This document shows positions 16,185 to 25,047 of a DNA stretch of 32,000 nt, one piece after another (within the stretch, counting starts at the first letter, position 1; every line of letters begins with the position of its first letter). The notes beneath the pieces were generated by a model. The model made no database searches, was not told the DNA's origin, and was given only the letters and a program-made list of their open reading frames with translations. The DNA is taken from NCBI GenBank assembly GCA_942493095.1, contig OW818675.1:1140001-1172000 (forward strand), given 5' to 3'. The position numbers and the translations under genes are program-made. This DNA is from Candidatus Electronema halotolerans (GTDB taxonomy: Bacteria; Desulfobacterota; Desulfobulbia; Desulfobulbales; Desulfobulbaceae).

Positions 16185-18290
16185 ATGATCCTTGAACTTA
16201 TCCTTATCGGTTCCGCCACTGCGCATTGGCGGAAGCAAAGATATAAAGAAACTGATCTGGCAGAGATGCCAAAAAAGAAGACAGTATCTATTCAAGAGAA
16301 ATTCAATCCGAAAAAATTGGTTGAGCATATTAAATATGTTTTTACAAACGATGAATGTCAGCCTGTTGTTGCAAAACAAGCGGATACAGACAAAGCAATT
16401 GTCTCTGAAAATCCGTTTTTACAGAGTAATACATTGGTTGCTGCTGGAAATTTTGTCATGGCCCTGCTGGGAGGAATATCTCCACTGTTTATCCTGATGG
16501 CCGTTGTAGGAATTCTCTATGTCTCAAGGAGCATGCTTCTTCTTGCATTGCAAGACCTGAAGAATAGACGATATATGAGCATATTTGTCGTTGAATCCGT
16601 GCTTTTTATAGGCATGATTCTTACAGGTCATCTGATATTGGCAACCTTTTCTTCCCTTTTTGGTGATTCTATTGTTAAACTTATCAATAAAACTGAAGAA
16701 AGCGCCAACAAACAACTCGTCAATGTTTTTGGCAAGCATCCTGAAAAGGTCTGGCTGAAGAAAGATGGATTGGAAATTCAAGTTGATTTTGACAGCATCC
16801 AAGCTGGTGACACGGTTGTTGTCAGTGCCGGAGAGATGATCCCTGTTGACGGTCAAGTCATGGAGGGCTTGGCTACTGTTGATCAGCATATTTTGACCGG
16901 TGAAAGCCAGCCGGTGGAAAAAATGAATGGCGACAAAGTTTTTGCCGCAACGCTGGTCATTTCAGGCCGAATTCATATCTTGGTGGAAACAGCCGGCCAG
17001 AATACTGTGGCGGCGAAAATTGGCGATATCCTCAACAACACCAAGCAGTATAAAGACAAGCTCATGGCTCGCGGCCAAGAGATCACTGAAAGCCTGTTGC
17101 CGCTCCAGTTGAGCGTTTTTGCCTTCACTCTGCTACTGCTGGGCAAAACGTCGGCTCTTACTGTGCTCTGGACTGGACTGGGAACGACCATGGTGATGCT
17201 TGGACCGATAACAGTTTTAAATTATTTACGAGTATTTTCCAGAAACGGGATTTTAATCAAGGATGGACGGGTGCTGGAATCCCTGCATCAAGTTGACACG
17301 ATAGTTTTTGATAAAACAGGAACTTTGACAATGGAACAGCCGGAAGTGGGGGCAATTCACTGCCTGTCCGGCTGGGAGGAAGAGGAAGTTCTGCTCTGCG
17401 CTGCCGCTGCGGAGCGGCGGCAGAGCCATCCTGTGGCCAAGGCCATTTTGTCAAAGGCAGCCGCCTTTGACATAGGTCTGCCTGATTTGGACAGCGCGCA
17501 CTATGAAATGGGATACGGCATCAAAGTTCTTGTCAAAGGGAAGCGTGTCCAAGTCGGCAGCGCTCGTTTCATGCAGCGCGAAAACATTGCTCTGCCGGAA
17601 CAGGTGCTGGATATTCAAGAACAGGCTGAGGATGAAGGCTATTCTCTGATTTATGTGGGAATTGATGGTGAGCTGGCCGGAATTTTGGAAATGCGTCCCT
17701 GCATCCGTCCGGAGGCGGCGACTGTCGTGCGGCATCTGAAAGAGCGCGGCATGAAACTCTATATCATCTCAGGAGATCATGAGCATCCGACAAAAAAAAT
17801 GGCCGAACAGCTCGGCATGGATCATTATTTTGCCGAAGTTCTGCCGGAGCGCAAGGCAGAACTGGTGAAAACCCTTGCTGAAAAAGGACGTTTTGTCTGT
17901 TTCATTGGCGACGGCATCAATGATTCTATTGCTCTGAAATCAGCCCAAGTGTCTGTATCCATTCAAGGCGCGTCAACAGCAGCGACCAACACCGCTCAAA
18001 TTATTTTCATGGATGGAACGCTCAATCATCTACAGCAGCTCTTCCTCTTCTCTGATGAATTTGAAAAGACCATGAAGGTGAATTTCTACACCTCAGTGGT
18101 ACCAGGTGTGCTTTGCTTTGGCGGAGTGTATTTTCTCCATATCGGCCTGACAGCAGGAATGGGCTTGTTCTATGCAGGAACTGCGGCTGGTCTTTTCAAC
18201 ACTTTTGTGCCTGTTTTAAAATATAAAGACAAGGAGCTGGCTGGAAAATGCGGCAGAACTCTCTTGGAAGATCAAACAGCAACCAACTGA
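16185..18290 (+). CDS. P-type ATPase paralogue 2, P1B-like, lacking CPx and HMA domains
   Basis: LTGESQPVEK, DKTGTLT, QSHPVAKAI, ISGDHEHP, GDGINDSIALK. The N-terminal helix is MILELILIGSATA. It starts 10 nt after paralogue 1 and has visibly lower GC. Confidence 0.85.
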   Translation: MILELILIGSATAHWRKQRYKETDLAEMPKKKTVSIQEKFNPKKLVEHIKYVFTNDECQPVVAKQADTDKAIVSENPFLQSNTLVAAGNFVMALLGGISPLFILMAVVGILYVSRSMLLLALQDLKNRRYMSIFVVESVLFIGMILTGHLILATFSSLFGDSIVKLINKTEESANKQLVNVFGKHPEKVWLKKDGLEIQVDFDSIQAGDTVVVSAGEMIPVDGQVMEGLATVDQHILTGESQPVEKMNGDKVFAATLVISGRIHILVETAGQNTVAAKIGDILNNTKQYKDKLMARGQEITESLLPLQLSVFAFTLLLLGKTSALTVLWTGLGTTMVMLGPITVLNYLRVFSRNGILIKDGRVLESLHQVDTIVFDKTGTLTMEQPEVGAIHCLSGWEEEEVLLCAAAAERRQSHPVAKAILSKAAAFDIGLPDLDSAHYEMGYGIKVLVKGKRVQVGSARFMQRENIALPEQVLDIQEQAEDEGYSLIYVGIDGELAGILEMRPCIRPEAATVVRHLKERGMKLYIISGDHEHPTKKMAEQLGMDHYFAEVLPERKAELVKTLAEKGRFVCFIGDGINDSIALKSAQVSVSIQGASTAATNTAQIIFMDGTLNHLQQLFLFSDEFEKTMKVNFYTSVVPGVLCFGGVYFLHIGLTAGMGLFYAGTAAGLFNTFVPVLKYKDKELAGKCGRTLLEDQTATN

Positions 18291-18308
18291 AAACAAGGGG
18301 AGAAGAAG

Positions 18309-19268
18309 ATGAAAAGGCATGTTTCGTATGGAGTATTGGCTGTGCTGTGTGCAATGTCCTTCAATGCGGCGGCATTTGCAGAAGAGATGAAGCAGGAGGC
18401 GCAAACAGCGTCGGCTGATGAGGGCTGGCTTTCCAACGGGGCGGCACTTGGTGTTCCTTGGTGGACAAAGAATCCGAAAAAGCTGGCCTTTATTCCAGAG
18501 CCGCTTCTGTATCATGTTGAACTCAGTTATTCCTACTCCAAAACATCCGGCAATACAGATGTTGAGGATCAGTCTGGCTCAGGAACGCTTTACCTGCGGA
18601 AAAATATAGTCAGCAGCGAGACCTATTTCGATGTCAGCAAAAACGAAACCACGGACAATTTTTCCAGTGCTGACGCAGCCCCTTTTGTGGTGGAAAGTCA
18701 GACCTTCGGACAGGAACTCATCTGGTCCGTAACCGATGTCATCTCTTTGCTGGGCGGTGGTCTCTGGCGGGAGAACGATTCGCAGCGGTATATTGACAGC
18801 AGTCAGACGTACTATGCTGGCGCCCGCACTCGAGTGCTGGACACACCGCAATTCAACCTGAGCCTGACAGCCGCTTACGGCTATATGGACTCATCCTATC
18901 AAAACGACAGAATCACCGCTGTCTATAGTGATTTTCAGCCGGTTGACGACTACGACTCCGGGGTGCTCAATTTCAATGTTGATTTCCGCTGGATGATTAC
19001 GGACAAGATCACCTTTTCAGAGAGTGCGACCTATCTGCATGACATAGACAACACTGACTACTACTGGCTGAATTCAACCAGCAAGCTGGACTTTAAAATT
19101 ACTGACAATCTTTCTTTCTTCACGGAATACAACTGCATTGCCTACCAAAGTCCGCTGATTGAACAAGCGCAGGATTTCCTTGATGCCAAACGGGCGCAAG
19201 GAATCGCGGCTGGCGACATGGAGACAGTGACATCCAAAATCTCCGCAGGAATAACTGTCAGCTTCTGA
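18309..19268 (+). CDS. Outer-membrane beta-barrel protein, DUF481 (YdiY-like) candidate
   Basis: Signal peptide MKRHVSYGVLAVLCAMSFNAAAFA. It shows an alternating-hydrophobic beta-strand pattern. The SYSYSKTSGNTDVEDQSG block resembles the DUF481 SGNT motif. The C-terminus ISAGITVSF ends in Phe, as is typical of OM barrels. Confidence 0.55.
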   Translation: MKRHVSYGVLAVLCAMSFNAAAFAEEMKQEAQTASADEGWLSNGAALGVPWWTKNPKKLAFIPEPLLYHVELSYSYSKTSGNTDVEDQSGSGTLYLRKNIVSSETYFDVSKNETTDNFSSADAAPFVVESQTFGQELIWSVTDVISLLGGGLWRENDSQRYIDSSQTYYAGARTRVLDTPQFNLSLTAAYGYMDSSYQNDRITAVYSDFQPVDDYDSGVLNFNVDFRWMITDKITFSESATYLHDIDNTDYYWLNSTSKLDFKITDNLSFFTEYNCIAYQSPLIEQAQDFLDAKRAQGIAAGDMETVTSKISAGITVSF

Positions 19269-19283
19269 TCATTGTCATCTTCA

Positions 19284-19308
19284 GCGGCATTCTTTGCAAG
19301 AATGCCGC
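19284..19308 (+). terminator. Hairpin terminator candidate after the OM-barrel gene
   Basis: gcggcattctt (19284-19294) pairs perfectly with aagaatgccgc (19298-19308) across a 3-nt loop. A second small hairpin (aagcgg...ccgctt) and T-rich tracts (tattttttcttttttt) follow. Confidence 0.5.
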
Positions 19309-19366
19309 AAGCGGCTCTCCTGATCCGCTTTAAAATCGGCGGATATTTTTTCTTTTTTTGCCAATC

Positions 19367-20212
19367 ATGGACAATTCATTGTATGCGTTTGAAAATGTCG
19401 CGCAAAGGTATCAGCAGCTGCGGGCTGCTTACGGGGAACGTGACAGTGACATCTACATCAGCAGTTACACGCGCTCCGGCACAACATGGACACAGATGAT
19501 CCTCTATCAGCTGACAACTGATGGCAATATGGATTTCAAGCATATTTTTGATGTGTCGCCGTGGCTGTTTTATAATGCGCTTAGAGGAACAGAGCCTGTG
19601 CCGAGACCAGAGCCGCGCATTCTGAAAACGCATGATGACTACAGCTCATATTCAAAAGATACAAAAGGCCGTTTCATCTATGTGGTCAGGCATGGAATGG
19701 ATGTGATGGCTTCTTTTTATCACCATAGGGTGAACGTGAAAGGATTCACAGGAACATTTACTGACCACTTCAATGAGTTCATTTATGGCATGGAGTATAA
19801 TGGCCAGCCTTACAACTGGTTTGAGCATGTCAGAGACTGGCTGGAGAATAACAACAATCTCTTTGTCCTGCCGGTGAAATACGAGTCGCTGAAACATGAT
19901 TTTGATGATGCGATTCAGCGGATAATCCAGTTCTGCCGCATTCCGGCAACGGATGAAATACTTAGGCGCACCAAAGAACGGACCACCTTCGCCTTTCTCA
20001 AGCAGCATGAATTGCAGCTTGGCCCTGTCCCAAGCCAGTTCCGCAGGACAGGAGATGCGCCTTATAAAGTGAAAAACCAGCATCAATTCATCCGCAAAGG
20101 GCTGGTCGGCGAAGGTCGTTCCATGCTGACTCCGCGCCAGCAGGAAATATATTCGGCGAAATTTCAAGATACGCTTGGACATCTTGATTTTATTGCCGAA
20201 TATTGCGAATAG
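19367..20212 (+). CDS. PAPS-dependent sulfotransferase, cytosolic (Sulfotransfer_1) type
   Basis: 5'-PSB loop YTRSGTTW; catalytic-His context RILKTHDDY; 3'-PB segment YVVRHGMDVMASFYHH; C-terminal FIRKGLVGEGRSMLT (RKGxxGxW-like). ATG 19367 is preferred over TTG 19358. Confidence 0.8.
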   Translation: MDNSLYAFENVAQRYQQLRAAYGERDSDIYISSYTRSGTTWTQMILYQLTTDGNMDFKHIFDVSPWLFYNALRGTEPVPRPEPRILKTHDDYSSYSKDTKGRFIYVVRHGMDVMASFYHHRVNVKGFTGTFTDHFNEFIYGMEYNGQPYNWFEHVRDWLENNNNLFVLPVKYESLKHDFDDAIQRIIQFCRIPATDEILRRTKERTTFAFLKQHELQLGPVPSQFRRTGDAPYKVKNQHQFIRKGLVGEGRSMLTPRQQEIYSAKFQDTLGHLDFIAEYCE

Positions 20213-20320
20213 CTGTCTCTGTCCATCCAGCTCGGCATCACGGTCAGATGTCGGCATCTTCGCAACATTTTTTATTTGCGCATTGCCTCCTGAAGACAGG
20301 AGGCAGGAGATTTTTTTGCA

Positions 20321-22387
20321 ATGCTGATTGAAACCTTGCTTCTTTGCGGCGCGCTGTACGCATTCAGAAAAAAAGATGCGCCAGCATCATCTGACAAAGC
20401 AAAACAAACTGACAGTGCCGCTGCCACAGCGGCTGAACTGGAACTGGAAGAAACAGCGCCGCTGCCGCATGAGGATGACAAGTCATTTGTCGAGCAGGAC
20501 AGGAAGGTGGTTGCGCCAGAGCAGGAGATCAACCGAAAATTGATCATCTCCGGCATGTCAACAGCCCTTTGCGCCGGAGGAGCACTTTTTTCCTCTCCTC
20601 CTCTTGCTGTTCTCAGCCTTCCCGGCCTGTTCTACAGCAGCGCGGACATCTTCAAAAGCGCGTATCAGACTTTCCGCAAAGAGAGAAAACTGAATGTTGA
20701 CAGCACAATTGCGGTTGTCACTGTTGTCAGTGTCGCCAATGGCTTTCTCTTTGTCTGCAATCTGAACACCCTGCTTGCCATGACCAGCCGGAAGCTGCTG
20801 CTCAAGGTGAAAAATGACTCGCAGGACAGTGTCATTGATGTCTTCCGGCAGCAGCCGCAGACGGCATGGGTGCTGACTGACGGGATTGAGATTGAACGGC
20901 CTGTCGAGACACTGAAAGCGGAAGATGTGGTGGTGGTCAAGGCTGGCGAAACCATTCCAGTGGATGGATTGATCATTTTCGGCACAGCCTCGATTGATCA
21001 GCATATTCTGACCGGAGAATCGCAGCCTGCGGAAAAAGGCCCGAATGAGAAGGTCTTCGCCTTGACCCATGTCCTCTCTGGAACTATCCACATTTTAGTG
21101 GAACATGCCGGGCAGAAAACCACTGCCGCGCAGATCTGCCGCATTTTGAACCGGACCACCAATCTGAAAACTGACATGCAGTTATGGGCTGAAGAAGCAG
21201 GCAATAAAGCTGTTCCCGCCGCCATGCTGGTCAGCGGCGTGTGCCTGCCAGTCTTGGGCAGCGGCAGCGCATTGGCGGTGCTCAACTCGCACCCCAAGTA
21301 CAAGACCACAATAACAAGCTGCATTGGCCTGCTCAATTATCTCAAAATTGCCTCCAAAAAAGGCATCTTGATTAAAGACGGACGTGTTTTTGAACGGTTG
21401 AACCGAGTTGACACCATAGTTTTTGACAAGACAGGCACCTTGACAGAAAACAAGATGCGGGTTGATGCAATACATGTCTATGATGGATACACGGAAAATG
21501 GTGTTTTAACCTTGGCCGCCCTTGCCGAACAACGGCAGATGCACCCGATTGCCAAAGCTGTTCTTCAAGAAGCTGAGGCACGGAACTTGAATTTCTATGA
21601 AGCGGATGAGCGCGCCTATAAAATAGGCTACGGCCTTGTTGTCAAAAGAAAAAACAAGACCATTCGTGTCGGCAGTGTCCGCTTTATTGAATCGGAAGAA
21701 CTGGCAATTCCCGCGCAAGTTCATGCGGATCATGAACGATGCCGTGACTATGGCCATTCGCTCATTCTGGTGGCAGTCAATGACAGAGTTGTCGGCGGGA
21801 TAGAACTCCAAGCAGTGGTGCGGCAGGAGGTTGGCGAGGTGATCAAGGGTCTGCGGCAGCGCGGCATCAGCTCCATCTATATTATTTCTGGAGACAATGC
21901 CAGCTCCACTAAGCAGCTCTCGGCAGTTTTGGAAACCAACCAATGCTTTGCTGAAGTGCTGCCGGAAGATAAAGCTGACCTGATTGAACAGTTTCAGCAG
22001 GAAGGCCGGACGGTCTGTTTCATTGGCGACGGCATCAATGATTCCATTGCCTTGAAAAAGGCTGATGTCTCTATTTCGCTGCGCGGCGCGTCAACTGTGG
22101 CCACAGACACCGCGCAGATCATTCTGATGGATGAGGGCCTCAATCATCTCTGCGCTCTTTTTGATCTGGCAAAAGAATACGATGCAAATATGCGGATGAC
22201 ATTCAAAACAGTGCTCATTCCCCATCTGCTTGGTCTTGGCGGCGCATTGTTCCTCCATTTCAATCTCTTGCATTCTGTGATCTTGAATCAAATCGGCTTG
22301 GCTCTTGGAGCAGGCAATGCCATGCTGCCGCGCTTCAAGCATCAGGACAGAGGCGGTCACAAGGTGCCGCTCATGCAGGATGAGTAA
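20321..22387 (+). CDS. P-type ATPase paralogue 3, P1B-like, lacking CPx and HMA domains
   Basis: LTGESQPAEK, DKTGTLT, QMHPIAKAV, ISGDNASS, GDGINDSIALK. The N-terminal helix MLIETLLLCGALYA is followed by an acidic linker (ELELEETAPLPHEDDKSFVEQD). Confidence 0.85.
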   Translation: MLIETLLLCGALYAFRKKDAPASSDKAKQTDSAAATAAELELEETAPLPHEDDKSFVEQDRKVVAPEQEINRKLIISGMSTALCAGGALFSSPPLAVLSLPGLFYSSADIFKSAYQTFRKERKLNVDSTIAVVTVVSVANGFLFVCNLNTLLAMTSRKLLLKVKNDSQDSVIDVFRQQPQTAWVLTDGIEIERPVETLKAEDVVVVKAGETIPVDGLIIFGTASIDQHILTGESQPAEKGPNEKVFALTHVLSGTIHILVEHAGQKTTAAQICRILNRTTNLKTDMQLWAEEAGNKAVPAAMLVSGVCLPVLGSGSALAVLNSHPKYKTTITSCIGLLNYLKIASKKGILIKDGRVFERLNRVDTIVFDKTGTLTENKMRVDAIHVYDGYTENGVLTLAALAEQRQMHPIAKAVLQEAEARNLNFYEADERAYKIGYGLVVKRKNKTIRVGSVRFIESEELAIPAQVHADHERCRDYGHSLILVAVNDRVVGGIELQAVVRQEVGEVIKGLRQRGISSIYIISGDNASSTKQLSAVLETNQCFAEVLPEDKADLIEQFQQEGRTVCFIGDGINDSIALKKADVSISLRGASTVATDTAQIILMDEGLNHLCALFDLAKEYDANMRMTFKTVLIPHLLGLGGALFLHFNLLHSVILNQIGLALGAGNAMLPRFKHQDRGGHKVPLMQDE

Positions 22388-22517
22388 CCTATCTTGACAT
22401 TGCTTTGTAATGCTTCAGTTTTTCTTGTCGGTGTGAAAAAACAGCACTGGGCGAGGGCGGCAGGGATTCACGATGCGACGATCATGGGGTCAGATACCTT
22501 GCCCGGTGAGCAGTGGC

Positions 22518-23480
22518 TCAACTCGCTTGTTTTTTCAGGCCCTGCCGCTGTATGAGCAGCCTGCGGGCTGTGCTGATCAGAAAACGGAAGGGATTGAAAC
22601 GGACTTGGTTGAGCTGGTCTGGGACAAGAAAGCCGTCAGCAGAAAACGCATCTGGCTGTTCTAAGGGAAAGCAGAGCTGGTTCAATTCTGCTCCGGGCAT
22701 TTGGTTTCGGCGGCAGGCAGCCAGCACTGGGCTGCGCTCCGGGGCCACGCCAAGGGTTTGATGCAGGGCCGCATCCAAGGCCACAGGATTGACAGATGCC
22801 GCCACCAGCCCCAGCGGGTATGGTTCTCCGTCAAGCGGGCCGCTCTTGTGCATGGCTGTTATGCCGTCCGCAAGACTGACAATTGGCGGCAGCAAAGCAG
22901 GAATCTGCACTATCTGGTTGAAGAAATCCTCCCCTGTAGCACCGCCATAGCGCATGTGCCACCATGCTTTCCGGGTGCCGATCACGCAGCCGAAGCAATT
23001 TTTCACTGCCAAGGTGAGCCGGGCTTGGGCATGAGCCTTGACTTTGGGCAGATTGAGCAGCAGGTCGCAGTCCAAGGCCGCCTCGGCCAGCACGGCCCAG
23101 CAGCCGCCCGGCAGGCGCACTTTTCTTCCTTGGCGGAAATTCCTGATCTCCACTCCAAGCGCAGTCAGCTGGTCAGCAATGCCCAGCGTCTGCAAGACCA
23201 TTCCAGCGGTGCCAAAGGCAGGCGAATCGCCAAGACTGACCTGCGCCCCGTGCTCAAGCAGCCAGCGGGCCGCTGCCAGCATGAAGACCGCCTCTGTGCA
23301 GGGCAAGGCACCGTGTTTGGCGGAAATCAGATTCGGCTTGAGCAGGACTTTGACGGAACGCAGGTTCGGCAGCTCCACAGCCGAAAGCACCCGTGCCACA
23401 GCTTGGTCAAGCTCTGGCCGGGCATAGCTGGGACAGCGGCTCAGGGCGACTGGGAATGGAGCGGTGGATTGCATTGGCAC
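22518..23480 (-). CDS. DUF362 domain protein
   Basis: VKVLLKPNLISAKHG...AQVSLGDSPAFG...LLNLPKVKAHAQARLTLAVKNCFGCV fits the DUF362 pattern (KPN...GDxP...K.H) as I remember it. Its start abuts the stop codon of the upstream TauE-like gene. Confidence 0.55.
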   Translation of the reverse strand: MPMQSTAPFPVALSRCPSYARPELDQAVARVLSAVELPNLRSVKVLLKPNLISAKHGALPCTEAVFMLAAARWLLEHGAQVSLGDSPAFGTAGMVLQTLGIADQLTALGVEIRNFRQGRKVRLPGGCWAVLAEAALDCDLLLNLPKVKAHAQARLTLAVKNCFGCVIGTRKAWWHMRYGGATGEDFFNQIVQIPALLPPIVSLADGITAMHKSGPLDGEPYPLGLVAASVNPVALDAALHQTLGVAPERSPVLAACRRNQMPGAELNQLCFPLEQPDAFSADGFLVPDQLNQVRFNPFRFLISTARRLLIQRQGLKKQAS

Positions 23481-23852
23481 TTATTCCCTGCTGAAAAAAA
23501 GATACACCGCCAATGTAGCAAGAATGCTGGCAAAAATCTTTTTGAAATGGGCGGTGGAGATATGCTGGACCAAGGATGCGTCGAGCTGCGCGCCTGCAAG
23601 ACCGCCAAGACCCAGCACGGCACCGGTCTTGTAATCTAACTGGGCAAACTTATGATGAGCGAACAGGGCTGAGGCGGAAATGATCAAAATGGCGACAAAA
23701 GAGGTGCCAACAGCTTCCTGCGCCGCATAGCCCATGAAGAGCAGGAGCGGCACCATGAGAAAGCCGCCGCCCAGTCCCAGAAACGAACCGCAGATGCCCA
23801 CACCAGTGCCGGTGAGCAGCAGCAGCAAAGCTGTTGTTGTGTTCATTTCCAT
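23481..23852 (-). CDS. TauE/SafE (DUF81) family membrane protein, half-size (123 aa, about 4 TM)
   Basis: LLLLLTGTGVGICGSFLGLGGGFLMVPLLLFMG...AVGTSFVAILI is the characteristic TauE/SafE N-terminal repeat. It is only about half the usual length. Confidence 0.65.
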   Translation of the reverse strand: MEMNTTTALLLLLTGTGVGICGSFLGLGGGFLMVPLLLFMGYAAQEAVGTSFVAILIISASALFAHHKFAQLDYKTGAVLGLGGLAGAQLDASLVQHISTAHFKKIFASILATLAVYLFFSRE

Positions 23853-23910
23853 GTTCGGCCTGCCAGACGGCGGCTTGTCAGAAGAATGCCGCCGCCTGGC
23901 CAGGAAAAGT

Positions 23911-24582
23911 TCAGACTGTCAAATCCTCGCGCACCCGCTTTCTTGGCCCGCCGTGCCCGGCGGTTGACCAGTCGCGGATCGGGGCGGACGCAGTCAGTTC
24001 CTGCTGCCGTTTCAGCCGTCCCATGCGGTCATAGATGAGCTGCCAGACGCAGTCGGTATCAGGGTTGATCTCGCAGCGGCCATTGACCGAACCGCCACAG
24101 GGGCCGTTCATCAGGTTCTTGGCGCAGCGGGCCACCGGGCAGAGGCCGCCGGTCAGATGGAGAACGCAGTCGCCGCAGCCTGCGCACATTTCCTGCCATA
24201 CGCCCTGCTCGGCGGAGCCGCCGTAGAACGTGGTGTTCAGGGCCGGATAGACCGGCTCGTCAGGCCGCAGGTTGGCGATGAAGTTCACGCCCACGCCGCA
24301 GGCCGTCGAAAGAATGGCATCGTACTGACCTTTGTACTGATCAAGGCTGTCGATGTATTCCTTGTCGCACTGGCGGACTAACGAGCCGGTCAGCACCTCG
24401 GCATCTTTTTTGCCGATTTTTTGCAAGCCAAGACGGACTAACGAGGCCAAGATTTCCGCCTCGCGCTCCCCGCCTGCGGAACAGACCGTGACGCAGCCTT
24501 TGCAGGCCAGCACCAATATTCTGCCGCAGTCCTGCACCATGCTGATGATTTCATCCAGCGGCTTTCGTTCAGCAACTATCAT
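23911..24582 (-). CDS. Methylene-tetrahydrofolate reductase C-terminal-domain-like (MetV-like) Cys-rich protein
   Basis: MIVAERKPLDEII...ILVLACKGCVTVCSAGGEREAE...CAGCGDCVLHLTGGLCPVARCAKNLMNGPCGGS...C is the MetV/MTHFR_C signature, including NGPCGG. Confidence 0.7.
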   Translation of the reverse strand: MIVAERKPLDEIISMVQDCGRILVLACKGCVTVCSAGGEREAEILASLVRLGLQKIGKKDAEVLTGSLVRQCDKEYIDSLDQYKGQYDAILSTACGVGVNFIANLRPDEPVYPALNTTFYGGSAEQGVWQEMCAGCGDCVLHLTGGLCPVARCAKNLMNGPCGGSVNGRCEINPDTDCVWQLIYDRMGRLKRQQELTASAPIRDWSTAGHGGPRKRVREDLTV

Positions 24583-24607
24583 CTCAATATCTCTCCGAAA
24601 TAGGTGA

Positions 24608-25030
24608 TCAAGCCGCCTTGCGGCAGAAAGGACTCGGCCCCAGCCTGCGGATCAGCGCATCCATCTCCTCGCCTGCGGCAATGAACTCAGGATGCAGGCC
24701 GCGCTCAACATGGTACATGCGCAGACGGTCAGGCTCCACGCCCAGCTCGCTCAGGGCCTTGCGCACGGACGCAACCCGCTTGGCCGCCCGCTGGCTGCCT
24801 TTGACATTGTGGCAGCTGTGCGCCGGACAGCCGACCACATAAACTCCGTCAGCTCCGTCCTCAAAGGCGCGAAGCAGGTCTTTCTCCTCCAGCCTGCCGG
24901 TGCAGACCAGCCGGGTCAGAGTGATGCTGGCGGGAAAGTTCAAATCCCGCAGGACTGTGCCGCCCTCAGTGCAGCTCTGCTGCGAGGCGTAATGGCAGGT
25001 GAACAGACGTATGTCTGGTGTGAAACTCAT
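24608..25030 (-). CDS. mvhD: MvhD/FlpD-like iron-sulfur protein (methyl-viologen-reducing hydrogenase delta-subunit family)
   Basis: IRLFTCHYAS...LTRLVCTGRLEEKDLLRAFEDGADGVYVVGCPAHSCHNVKGSQRAAKRV...LGVEPDRLRMYHV matches the FlpD/MvhD pattern. Confidence 0.75.
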   Translation of the reverse strand: MSFTPDIRLFTCHYASQQSCTEGGTVLRDLNFPASITLTRLVCTGRLEEKDLLRAFEDGADGVYVVGCPAHSCHNVKGSQRAAKRVASVRKALSELGVEPDRLRMYHVERGLHPEFIAAGEEMDALIRRLGPSPFCRKAA

Positions 25031-25047
25031 GAAATTGCTCCGCAGAT

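Noticed and set aside
19652-20257. 201-aa minus-strand ORF
   Set aside because: It is antisense to the sulfotransferase, whose PAPS-binding motifs are all present on the plus strand.
20285-20317. Hairpin gcctcctg/caggaggc plus T-run before ATPase paralogue 3, considered as a terminator
   Set aside because: The T-run is separated from the stem by 6 nt, and the stem overlaps the likely RBS (AGGAGG/AGGAGA). It may instead be a translational or regulatory structure. It is too ambiguous to call.
14078-22387. Annotating the three ATPases as copper/zinc/cadmium efflux pumps (CopA/ZntA)
   Set aside because: Despite the P1B-type HP motif, none has a CPx-type transmembrane motif or an HMA domain. A specific metal assignment would be unsupported.
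22701-23639. 312-aa plus-strand ORF
   Set aside because: It is antisense to the DUF362 and TauE-like genes. Its translation is Arg/Gln/Gly-rich with no motifs.
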